A stretch of DNA of 64,000 nt, taken from a virus. Taxonomy: Duplodnaviria; Heunggongvirae; Uroviricota; Caudoviricetes. Position numbers and translations under genes: made by a program. The notes under the pieces are model-generated. The model searched no databases. It saw only the letters and a program-made list of their open reading frames with translations, and had not been told where the DNA came from. The stretch lies in IMG/VR virus record IMGVR_UViG_3300021387_000463, positions 43,001 through 107,000 of that record; one strand, written 5' to 3'. Below, in pieces: positions 50,710 to 59,130 of this stretch (positions within the stretch are counted from its first letter, which is position 1; every line of letters starts with the position of its first letter).

Positions 50710-50865
50710 ATGTTTTTTAATTACTTTAAGAAGAAAAAGAAAAAGAATAAGGGCAGTAAAGGCAATTTTACTGTTAACTCCTACAAAAAGAATTCCATCA
50801 GCAAGATACAGATGATGGAAATATCTCATGCTGTGGTTAGCAAGAAAAGGCTGTTTGTGTTTAGT
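50710..50865 (+). CDS. Possible small basic ORF (51 aa) in the tyrS leader
   Basis: MFFNYFKKKKKKNKGSKGNFTVNSYKK...; not in the ORF track; could be non-coding. Confidence 0.35.
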
Positions 50866-50893
50866 GAATCAATTTAAAATTATAAAATAGTAT

Positions 50894-52180
50894 ATGAATC
50901 CATTACTTTCAGAACTTAAGGAGAGAGGACTTATAGCGAGTCTCTCAGGAAATTTAGAGGAACTGTTAAAAACACCAACAACATTTTACGTAGGAACTGA
51001 CCCTACTGCTGATAGTCTTCACCTAGGCCATTTGCTTGCCTTTACAACTGCGAAGTTGCTTCAGTCATATGGTCATAAGCCTATCGTACTTTTGGGCGGT
51101 GCTACGGCATTTATTGGAGACCCATCGTTCAAGTCAGAAGAGAGAAAGCTTCTCAGTGCTGAGACTGTAGAACACAACATCAAGGGTATTCATGCTCAAG
51201 TAAGTAAACTGCTTGATTTCAATTCAAGTGAAGCCAATGGTGCAATTCTAGTTAATAACTACGATTGGATGAAGGATTTCTCATTCATCGACTTTGCACG
51301 TGAGGTTGGTAAGTGCATTACTGTGAATTACATGATGGCAAAGGATTCCGTTAAGAAACGTCTTGAACGTGAGGGTAACGGCATGTCATTCACCGAGTTC
51401 ACCTATCAGCTTATCCAAGGTTACGACTTTGTAGAGCTGTATAAGAAATACAACTGCAAGTTGCAGATTGGTGGTAGTGACCAATTTGGTAATGGTATGA
51501 CAGGTGTGGAACTTATTCGCAAAATGCTGAAAAAGGATGATGCTTGTGTACTTACTTGGCCATTGGTTACTAAGGCAGATGGTACAAAGTTCGGTAAGTC
51601 AGAGAAGGGTAACATTTGGCTTGATGCTGAGAAGACAAGTCCGTATGAATTCTATCAGTTCTGGCTCAACCAGTCCGATGAAGATTCTGAGCGTTTCATT
51701 AAGCTCTTCACATTGATTCCATTGGAAGAGATTAACGCTCTCATTGAGAAGCATCGTGAGCAGCCATCAGCTCGTTTGCTACAGAAGGAGCTTGCCAAGT
51801 ACATGACTTGCATGGTTCACTCTGAGGAGGCTTACAACAAGGCAATTGAGGCTACCAATATTCTGTTCGGTAAGGGTACAATGTCCGACATTGAGAAACT
51901 TGATGAAAAGACATTCCTTTCAGCCATGAACGATGTACCAAAGGTGGAGGTTGATAAAGACAATATGAGTAACATCACAGTCCTTGAACTTGCAGCTATG
52001 CATGACAAAGTACCTTCAAAGACTGAGGCTCGTAAGCTGATTAAGAACAATGGTTTCTCAATCAACAAGAGCAAGGTACTGAGTGAGACTGACAAGATGA
52101 CAGATTTCAAACTCATTAACGACAAATATCTACTTTTGCAAAAGGGTAAAAAGGATTATACAGTGGTTGTAGTCCGTTAA
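50894..52180 (+). CDS. tyrS: Tyrosyl-tRNA synthetase
   Basis: DPTADSLHLGH (HIGH motif); YQLIQGYDF; GGSDQFGN; KFGKS; C-terminal S4-like domain. Confidence 0.96.
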   Translation: MNPLLSELKERGLIASLSGNLEELLKTPTTFYVGTDPTADSLHLGHLLAFTTAKLLQSYGHKPIVLLGGATAFIGDPSFKSEERKLLSAETVEHNIKGIHAQVSKLLDFNSSEANGAILVNNYDWMKDFSFIDFAREVGKCITVNYMMAKDSVKKRLEREGNGMSFTEFTYQLIQGYDFVELYKKYNCKLQIGGSDQFGNGMTGVELIRKMLKKDDACVLTWPLVTKADGTKFGKSEKGNIWLDAEKTSPYEFYQFWLNQSDEDSERFIKLFTLIPLEEINALIEKHREQPSARLLQKELAKYMTCMVHSEEAYNKAIEATNILFGKGTMSDIEKLDEKTFLSAMNDVPKVEVDKDNMSNITVLELAAMHDKVPSKTEARKLIKNNGFSINKSKVLSETDKMTDFKLINDKYLLLQKGKKDYTVVVVR

Positions 52181-52189
52181 ATAATATTA

Positions 52190-52236
52190 AAACTGAGATT
52201 ATCATTTGGTAGTCTCAGTTTTTTTTCGTATCTTTG
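52190..52236 (+). promoter_or_regulatory. Terminator-promoter cassette
   Basis: AAACTGAGA-TTATCATTTGGTAG-TCTCAGTTT plus a T-run; TTTG (52205)-N20-TATCTTTG (52229). Confidence 0.8.
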
Positions 52237-52252
52237 CAAAAAAAATAAGGTA

Positions 52253-52786
52253 ATGATGGGATTTTTATATTTTTGGTTGATAATTTTAGGTATTGCTTTT
52301 TTGTGCCTTGCACAAGCAGCATGGTCTGACCATGAGGAAAAAAAAGAAGCAGAAGAAAGAAGAATTGCTGACTTAAAAGGTGAGATTAAGAAAGACTTAG
52401 AAAAAATAACTGACCTTGCTTATAGGTTTGGTGACAAGTTCTATGTTTCTCTTATGGATTTTGCAAGTAAGATGGAAAAGTTAACTGAGGATGATGTTAA
52501 GGCTGATTTAAAACCTTATGACATTTATAATGTTAAGCATCTTCAAGAATCTTTTAGCGGACTTGGGAAACTAATATGTAGAATAGTCATCAATAAGAAC
52601 CTTGAACCAAGGTTTATGGCTTCTTCTCCATCAACAATCCCATCTAGAATAGACATACAGTTAGAAGCTGCATTAACCATTGAAGAGGTTAAAGAACTTG
52701 CTGATGTGTGTCGTAGGATAAAAATGGATGTTGACATTGAAGCATATAGAAAAGATAAAGTAAGAAAAGCAATAAACAATAAATAA
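52253..52786 (+). CDS. Hypothetical membrane-anchored protein
   Basis: N-terminal hydrophobic helix FLYFWLIILGIAFLCLA; AT-rich codons. Confidence 0.6.
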   Translation: MMGFLYFWLIILGIAFLCLAQAAWSDHEEKKEAEERRIADLKGEIKKDLEKITDLAYRFGDKFYVSLMDFASKMEKLTEDDVKADLKPYDIYNVKHLQESFSGLGKLICRIVINKNLEPRFMASSPSTIPSRIDIQLEAALTIEEVKELADVCRRIKMDVDIEAYRKDKVRKAINNK

Positions 52787-52788
52787 AT

Positions 52789-53694
52789 ATGGTAGAAACG
52801 TTTCGTCCAATTCCGTTGGATATGGAAGTAGTGTTTAAGACTCTCGTAGAGGGTATTAAGAGTTATGTGCATCAGAATCATATCAACGTTGTGGTTCTTG
52901 GTTTGAGTGGTGGTATTGATTCCACTGTAGTTGCAGCACTGTGTAAGGCAGGAAATATTCCTCTTATCGGTGTTTCACTCCCATGTTCAACCAATGCAGA
53001 TGTGGAGAATGATGCAGCACAAGCTGCTGGAGCTGAGTTCTGTGATACATTCAAGGTAGTTAACCTCCAAGAGCCATATGAGGTAATGGAGAAGTTCTGC
53101 ACTGAGGCTAGTGGTAAAGAGAAGACTCCAATATCACAAGGTAACATCAAGGCACGTCTGCGCATGATTACACTGTATGACATCGCTTCAAAGGTTGGTG
53201 GTATCGTAATGGACACCGACAATCTCACAGAGCATTTCTTGGGTTTCTGGACTCTTCATGGTGATGATGCAGACTTTGACCCAATCGGAGGTCTGTGGAA
53301 GCATGAGGTGTATGACCTTGCTCGTTACATGAAGGAGAAGGTGTTCACCGATTCTAAGGCTCTTGAGCAGTCAATCGCATTGATGCCTACCGATGGTAAC
53401 GGTGTGAAGGAAGGTGGCGACTTGGCACAAATAGCACCAGGAAAAACCTATGACGATGTTGACGAGATTCTCCATGCATGGGTTGGTCTTGACAAGCGCA
53501 TCAAGGATTACGTTATCGCTCAAGACTTTGAGCATGGTGTCTTTAAGAACCTTGTGGCAAAGCATGGGTATGAGACTGTAGAGTCTGTTATTATGCGTTC
53601 TGTGCGTTCTGAGTTTAAGCGCAAACAGCGTCCTTTCATTATTGACGTGTATCGTGGCTTGATTTGTGAAAAAAATGGTAATCCCTTTACATAA
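52789..53694 (+). CDS. nadE: NH3-dependent NAD+ synthetase
   Basis: VLGLSGGIDS PP-loop; GNIKARLRMITLY; TDNLTE; GFWTLHGD; PIGGLWKHEV; no glutaminase domain. Confidence 0.9.
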   Translation: MVETFRPIPLDMEVVFKTLVEGIKSYVHQNHINVVVLGLSGGIDSTVVAALCKAGNIPLIGVSLPCSTNADVENDAAQAAGAEFCDTFKVVNLQEPYEVMEKFCTEASGKEKTPISQGNIKARLRMITLYDIASKVGGIVMDTDNLTEHFLGFWTLHGDDADFDPIGGLWKHEVYDLARYMKEKVFTDSKALEQSIALMPTDGNGVKEGGDLAQIAPGKTYDDVDEILHAWVGLDKRIKDYVIAQDFEHGVFKNLVAKHGYETVESVIMRSVRSEFKRKQRPFIIDVYRGLICEKNGNPFT

Positions 53695-54734
53695 TGGCAT
53701 CAAAGAAATTCGATAGTTTAGGTGGTGTTATAATGACACGCACAATTGATGGAAAGGAAGTAAAGCGTTCCTCAAGATGTGATAGCGACCATCAAGACGA
53801 ATATTCCATCACTAGCATTGGTGATGTTCTATTTGAAATCGACTTAGAGAATAGAAAAATCAACAAGTGCAATGCCAAATACGTTGTTAAGGATAGGCAT
53901 GGTATGCTTGAGATACGTTATTGCGATGCTGCAATTAATCGTGATTTCAAACCAACCTATGACACGTTCTATGGTAGGGGTCTTCCAAAGGGTATGAAAT
54001 TGTGTCATGTGTTGTACAACAAGTCCGTGTATGGTCTTCTTGCTACCAACATGAATGATGCTCTTGATAGGTTTCAGAAAATCAATGATGGCCATTATTT
54101 TGGGGCACTCAAGAAAGGTGATAAGTTGTACATCGTTGACAAGGAAGGTGGACAAGTTATCGAAGATACCGTTGAGAGTATTCAGTACAACAACAATTGG
54201 TATAATGATGGCGGTCATTTCAACATCATAACCAAGCATTATAGATTTAATTGCTATAATTCTGAGTTTGAGGAAAATGCTTCTGCATATAGTGACCCTA
54301 GTTTCTACATTTCTATGGGTAAGAAGCTCGATGAGAAGAAAACGTCTATTCACTTAGATAAGGCTGTTGCTGAGAAGGTCTTGAGGGAGTATCTTAACAA
54401 TAGGAAGAACGTTAAGAAGAAGAATGACGAAAAGCCTAAGATTCCAGAGGGTACACCAATTCGTCATACTGACAACAAAGACAATGAGCTTCACTATGGT
54501 GATACTGTTGCCTATGTAAGAAAGGACTATTGGGGACACACTGACATTTCCTATGGGGTCATCGTAGGCGATTCTGAGAAGAAAATCAAAATATACGACC
54601 AAGAGGAATATAAGGCTGCTGAAGAGAAAAGAAAGAAGAAGCAAGCTCTTTGGAACTATGAGAAGAATAATGATGGTACTCATATGCTTGAGCCAGTTAA
54701 TATTCTCTTGATGAAATTAGCAGTAGCGAAATAA
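53694..54734 (+). CDS. Hypothetical protein with two SH3/KOW-like segments
   Basis: LKKGDKLYIV and LHYGDTVAYV segments. Confidence 0.55.
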   Translation: MASKKFDSLGGVIMTRTIDGKEVKRSSRCDSDHQDEYSITSIGDVLFEIDLENRKINKCNAKYVVKDRHGMLEIRYCDAAINRDFKPTYDTFYGRGLPKGMKLCHVLYNKSVYGLLATNMNDALDRFQKINDGHYFGALKKGDKLYIVDKEGGQVIEDTVESIQYNNNWYNDGGHFNIITKHYRFNCYNSEFEENASAYSDPSFYISMGKKLDEKKTSIHLDKAVAEKVLREYLNNRKNVKKKNDEKPKIPEGTPIRHTDNKDNELHYGDTVAYVRKDYWGHTDISYGVIVGDSEKKIKIYDQEEYKAAEEKRKKKQALWNYEKNNDGTHMLEPVNILLMKLAVAK

Positions 54735-54735
54735 T

Positions 54736-55116
54736 ATGGTAAAGTATGTAGTGCAAATTTTCGTTGATGCTGATAGACTGCTTAATGAGACATGGCAAGA
54801 AGGCGAAAGTCGTTGGGCAAAAGTCAGCTCAAAGAAATTCAAGCAGATAAAGGGTTGGGATGGTAAATCTCCGCTTTATGCATGTGGTAAACAATATAGC
54901 ACAAGATTAACCAATGACATTTCCAAGGCTGAAGCTTATAATAGACTTGGCGATTGTGAGTATTACGCTAGGCATTGTCATGGTCTCTTTCTAAGTAGTT
55001 ATTTCTCAAGTAGGGATTATCCAATAGTGGGGGCTAGAATACTAAAACTCGAAATGCGTCCAGTCATTGTCGCTACAATTGAGCCAAAGCAAGATTGGAG
55101 TAAAGACGTTAAATAG
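54736..55116 (+). CDS. Hypothetical protein
   Basis: 126 aa; LTNDISKA motif echoed in 55666..56124 (LTENIKEA). Confidence 0.55.
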   Translation: MVKYVVQIFVDADRLLNETWQEGESRWAKVSSKKFKQIKGWDGKSPLYACGKQYSTRLTNDISKAEAYNRLGDCEYYARHCHGLFLSSYFSSRDYPIVGARILKLEMRPVIVATIEPKQDWSKDVK

Positions 55117-55121
55117 AGTTA

Positions 55122-55168
55122 AAAATCTGAGGTTAATTTGGAAATCTCAGATTTTTTTCGTATATTTA
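55122..55168 (+). promoter_or_regulatory. Terminator-promoter cassette
   Basis: AAATCTGAGG-TTAATTTGGAA-ATCTCAGATTT plus a T-run; TTTG (55137)-N20-TATATTTA (55161). Confidence 0.7.
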
Positions 55169-55184
55169 CACCATAAATAAAAAT

Positions 55185-55685
55185 ATGAACATGATAACGA
55201 ATTTACTTTTATTCGGATTGGGAGCTTTTGTAGCGTGTTGTTTGGTGCTTGCAATTGTGTGTATTGTACATTTGTGTACAAATCCGTATTCAATGGATTC
55301 TGCAATGAAAGAGTTGAAAGAACGTTGCAAGACAAAGGATGGTACGGTTAAGAAGCTTAATGAGATTATGCTTAAGATGTTTGATTGTCCACCAATTGAC
55401 AAGAAGATGTCGGCTATTGAGGTTGCTGATTTTGGTGACTTGAAAGCTCTCATTGGTGGCGATGAAAATGGCAAACCACGTCTATTTGCTTTCAATGCCA
55501 AAATGTATTCTAGGTCTGATTATCATCAGTTGAGGAATACGGATAGCTTTAAGAAGTTCGGTATCAAATACTCGATTAACGCAAGTGAGTTGAGTGAGTT
55601 TCTTACTGAGGCTTCCAAGGCTGCTTTCAAGAAGAAGCTAGAAGAACAGTCACGTAAGAAAGTTATTGACCATTTTAATGTTTAA
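55185..55685 (+). CDS. Hypothetical membrane-anchored protein
   Basis: N-terminal hydrophobic helix LLLFGLGAFVACCLVLAIVCIV. Confidence 0.6.
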   Translation: MNMITNLLLFGLGAFVACCLVLAIVCIVHLCTNPYSMDSAMKELKERCKTKDGTVKKLNEIMLKMFDCPPIDKKMSAIEVADFGDLKALIGGDENGKPRLFAFNAKMYSRSDYHQLRNTDSFKKFGIKYSINASELSEFLTEASKAAFKKKLEEQSRKKVIDHFNV

Positions 55686-56124
55686 GGATATGGGTAAGTC
55701 TAAGTTTTTTGTTGAATTAGTAGATAAAGATGGCACAACCTTATATTATAAGAGGGGAGTGGATAAGCAAGAGCTGATTAACGGTGCTCTCATGACATAC
55801 ACAGAATATGAGCTTACTGAGAACATCAAGGAGGCTCGTGAATTCTATGATGAATATGATGCTAAGACTTGTCTTACTATAATGAAGACGAACCGTCCAG
55901 CATGGATGGAACAATTCAACTCTAGGGTATATCGTATGATGGGTAATAAGGAGTTTATTACTGTCAACACAAGACCATTTGCCCATATTCTGAGACTCTT
56001 GAAGGGCTATAGATTAACCAATGAGGAAGGTAGAAAGCGTATCGAAGAAAAACTCTTTGATAACGATGAATTGTACAATGCTTGTGAATATGCTTTGAAC
56101 GAATTAAATAAACTTAAGAAATGA
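55666..56124 (+). CDS. Hypothetical protein
   Basis: 152 aa ORF; start may be a few codons downstream. Confidence 0.55.
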   Translation: MTILMFKDMGKSKFFVELVDKDGTTLYYKRGVDKQELINGALMTYTEYELTENIKEAREFYDEYDAKTCLTIMKTNRPAWMEQFNSRVYRMMGNKEFITVNTRPFAHILRLLKGYRLTNEEGRKRIEEKLFDNDELYNACEYALNELNKLKK

Positions 56125-57002
56125 AAATACAGTCATTATCAATTGTAGTACCCACACATGGGTGTATGAATCAGTGTAAGTTCTGTGTAAGTCGTATGCA
56201 TAAAGAGGAATATGAAGACCTCATTTCTAGTGACAATTATTTCCATAGGGAGAGCTATAAGAATCGTTTGGCTTTCGCTAGGGACAATGGCTGTAACACT
56301 GTTATGCTTACTGGTCAAGGTGAGCCACAGCAGAATCTTGAGTTTATTACCAAGTTTGCAAAAATGAATTCTGAGTTGGTTATGCCATTCAGAAACATTG
56401 AGATTCAGACAACTGGAGCTAGGATTGACGGATATACCCTTAATTGTCTTCGCAATAATGGTATCACAACAATTAGTCTTTCAGTGTCTTGCTTGAATGA
56501 CGATGAAGTGAATTCTGACATTATCAATGGTGGTCGCACACCAATTGACTTGAAAAAGCTTTGTCGTAACATTAAGGAATTTGGATTTAATCTTCGTTTG
56601 TCTCTCAATGTTACAACTTGCATTTATCTCTATGACGAACCAAAGGGAGGCTACGAGGCAATCTTTGAGTATTGTAGCAAAGTATTAGGTGCTGACCAAG
56701 TTACATTCCGCAAGATGTATACTGATGGTAAGGATTCGCCTCAGTCAAAATGGATTGAGAAATATGGCGTGAAGACCGAAGCCTATTTTAAAGGTCTTAA
56801 TGATTACATTCTCAAGAATGGTCGTTATCTCGATACATTGGAGTATGGTAGCAAGCGTTACTCCGTAATGGGTATGTCTACTGTTGTTGACGAGGATTGC
56901 ATGGCTAAGAGTGAGGAAAAGAAAACATTGAAATATCTTATCTTACGTCCAAACTGTAAGTTGTATACACAGTGGGATGATAAGGGTAGTTTATTGTTTT
57001 AA
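56121..57002 (+). CDS. Radical SAM enzyme of unknown specificity
   Basis: CMNQCKFC (CX3CX2C); LTGQGEP; EIQTTG. Confidence 0.85.
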   Translation: MKIQSLSIVVPTHGCMNQCKFCVSRMHKEEYEDLISSDNYFHRESYKNRLAFARDNGCNTVMLTGQGEPQQNLEFITKFAKMNSELVMPFRNIEIQTTGARIDGYTLNCLRNNGITTISLSVSCLNDDEVNSDIINGGRTPIDLKKLCRNIKEFGFNLRLSLNVTTCIYLYDEPKGGYEAIFEYCSKVLGADQVTFRKMYTDGKDSPQSKWIEKYGVKTEAYFKGLNDYILKNGRYLDTLEYGSKRYSVMGMSTVVDEDCMAKSEEKKTLKYLILRPNCKLYTQWDDKGSLLF

Positions 57003-57005
57003 AAT

Positions 57006-57143
57006 ATGAAGAAGTTGTTTGTATTTGTTATGTACTTGGCTCTTATTGCAATATTGGTTTTGTCTATGCTTGCAATGATAGGAGTTGCAGCACAAGCTCC
57101 AGGTACATCGGAGTTAATTCAGAATTTTCAGAATACACATTAA
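57006..57143 (+). CDS. Small membrane protein (45 aa, not in the ORF track)
   Basis: MKKLFVFVMYLALIAILVLSMLAMIGVAAQ... Confidence 0.5.
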   Translation: MKKLFVFVMYLALIAILVLSMLAMIGVAAQAPGTSELIQNFQNTH

Positions 57144-57146
57144 GTT

Positions 57147-57377
57147 ATGTTAGATATTAAAGGACAGTATTGTAAGGATGTTAAGGTCTTCACTGACAAT
57201 GTAGAGGAGACTGCATTATCCACAATATATAGGATAGCGGATTGTAGGGCATTTAAGGATAGAAAGATTCGTATCATGCCTGATTGTCACGATGGTAAGG
57301 GCATTGTGATTGGGTTCTCATGCCCAGTTAACATTGAGACAGACCACGTTAACCCAGAGCACGTCCTTTATTCCTAA
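57147..57377 (+). pseudogene. rtcB: Truncated N-terminal fragment of a second rtcB allele
   Basis: KGQYCKDVKVFTDNVEETAL...IRIMPDCHDGKG...PEHV aligns with the full RtcB N-terminus; it stops just before the GCDIGC motif. Confidence 0.85.
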
Positions 57378-57457
57378 CTGTTAAACAATATTAAATCTGA
57401 GGCTGAAATTTGGTAGCTTTGCAACAGATAAAAAAATTAATTATAATTATAAAAATT

Positions 57458-58072
57458 ATGGTACATTTTAATGAAAAGTATGAAAAAGTATGGTATGTTC
57501 ATCTTTCTATGGATGTTTATCGCCAGCCAAAAGTGTTAGTTGATGAGTATGAAAACGTTGTGATAAAACAGTCAACGCTCAATTCGTTTGAAAGGTGTGA
57601 TATTGTGTGTGCTGGCAAAACAAGACCGTTTTGCAGAGTTTGTGACGTTTTTAACAATGAGGAAGATGCCGAAAAGTATAAAAAATTATTAACTTTGAAA
57701 GCAGATGATTTGATTTCTACATATGCAAAAGAAATGGTAGAATATATACAAGAAATATTTAAAAAAGTTGGGTTTGGCGAAAAGCCAAAGCAATTTATTG
57801 CAAATGCGCATCAAATAAAACACTCTAATAGCTTAACTTGGTCAAGATTGAATTGTCATAAATTAATATTAACGAATGGTTGCACGTTAAATTTGGAAAG
57901 TGTTACAGACATTGATTTATTGTTCAATATAATTTTAGATATAAAAAATAGGCATTATTTTGTGCTAAGTGAAGATTATGACTCGCACAAAAAATTCAAT
58001 TCATTATCTATATATGAGTTGAGTACAGCAGTAGAAGAATTTATGTTAAAATTAAAAGGCTACGAAGTATAA
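57458..58072 (+). CDS. Hypothetical protein (AT-rich)
   Basis: ATG at 57458 in an AAAAATTATG context, preferred over TTG at 57410. Confidence 0.55.
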   Translation: MVHFNEKYEKVWYVHLSMDVYRQPKVLVDEYENVVIKQSTLNSFERCDIVCAGKTRPFCRVCDVFNNEEDAEKYKKLLTLKADDLISTYAKEMVEYIQEIFKKVGFGEKPKQFIANAHQIKHSNSLTWSRLNCHKLILTNGCTLNLESVTDIDLLFNIILDIKNRHYFVLSEDYDSHKKFNSLSIYELSTAVEEFMLKLKGYEV

Positions 58073-58179
58073 ATAAAAAAACACTTGTTGTAGTAGTGGA
58101 CGAACTGTATTCATAAAAAATATATCCAATATACATAACACTTTTTACGCCAATGTGATATTTATATTAAAAGAGAGAT

Positions 58180-59130
58180 ATGAAATCGCATGGTTATTGG
58201 ACATACGAAAGATGTGAGGAACTAGCTAAGACTTGTAAGAGTGCTAGAGAACTCAGAAAAAAAGAAAGTGGCGCATTTGCTAAAGCATATGCGAAGGGTT
58301 GGTTAAAGGATTGGTTTGAGACAAGACCTAATTCCAAGCCTATCGGATACTGGACGCACGAGAGGTGTGAGGAAGAGGCTAAGAAATATACCTCATACTC
58401 TAACTTCAATGCTAACAACTACGTGGTGTACAGGAAGTGTTTGAAAATGGATTGGTTGAAAGATTTCACTTGGCTTGTCAACGATATGGGTGTGTATGAC
58501 CTAGATACGAAGAAATACGTTGTATACAAGTATTTGTGGGAAGAAACTAATACAGCCTACGTTGGCCTAACCAAAGACCTCAGAGAGCGTGATAGAACTC
58601 ACAAGAAGGAAATTAGGAAGAACGGTAAGATATACCTCAGTATAGTTAAGAAATATGCAGATGGTAATAATCTTCCTATACCGAAACCAATTGTTTTGGA
58701 AGAGAACCTTAACGCTGAAGATGCTCGTAAAATGGAAGACCATTATGTACAGCAGCTTAGAGAGGAAGGGGTAAACATTCTAAACACAGGTAAGACTGGT
58801 AAAGACAGTGGCTCTCTTGGTGGCTCATTGAAGAAATGGACGTATGACTTGTGCTACGAGGAAGCTAAGAAATATTCATCTAGAACTGAGTTCCAACAGA
58901 CTTGTTATGGCGCATACAGAGCAGCTAGAAAGAACAAATGGATAGATGAGTATGATTGGCTCAAGGAGAAAATACACAACAATGGATATTGGACATATGA
59001 GCACTGTTTAGAAGAGGCTAGCAAGTATAGTTCAAGAAAAGAGTTCAGAGAAAATAGTAGAACTTGTTACGGTCTTTGTTGCCGTTATAAATTTATAAGT
59101 AAAATAGTAGAAGAGTTATGGACATATTAG
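58180..59130 (+). CDS. GIY-YIG homing endonuclease with flanking YWTxExCxEEA repeats
   Basis: YVVYKY...AYVGLT...RDRTH...E...LN catalytic pattern; four helical repeats; overlaps the rtcB start. Confidence 0.8.
   Translation: MKSHGYWTYERCEELAKTCKSARELRKKESGAFAKAYAKGWLKDWFETRPNSKPIGYWTHERCEEEAKKYTSYSNFNANNYVVYRKCLKMDWLKDFTWLVNDMGVYDLDTKKYVVYKYLWEETNTAYVGLTKDLRERDRTHKKEIRKNGKIYLSIVKKYADGNNLPIPKPIVLEENLNAEDARKMEDHYVQQLREEGVNILNTGKTGKDSGSLGGSLKKWTYDLCYEEAKKYSSRTEFQQTCYGAYRAARKNKWIDEYDWLKEKIHNNGYWTYEHCLEEASKYSSRKEFRENSRTCYGLCCRYKFISKIVEELWTY

Noticed and set aside
50680-50893. T-box riboswitch upstream of tyrS
   Set aside because: The UGGNACC T-box bulge and GA/AG-box motifs are absent; kept only as a generic structured-leader hypothesis.
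39583-53694. Host chromosomal fragment or prophage junction explaining the housekeeping genes
   Set aside because: The housekeeping-like genes are interleaved with phage-type hypotheticals, homing endonucleases and the same cassettes. They share the apparent GATC avoidance and lack their usual bacterial neighbours (grpE, rpmI/rplT, thrS).
58081-58126. Echo of the L-Y-S-stop sequence (CTGTATTCATAA versus CTTTATTCCTAA at 57366) after a Walker-B-like VVVVDE
   Set aside because: It is only 12 nt at 10/12 identity in AT-rich DNA, with no supporting ORF; likely chance.
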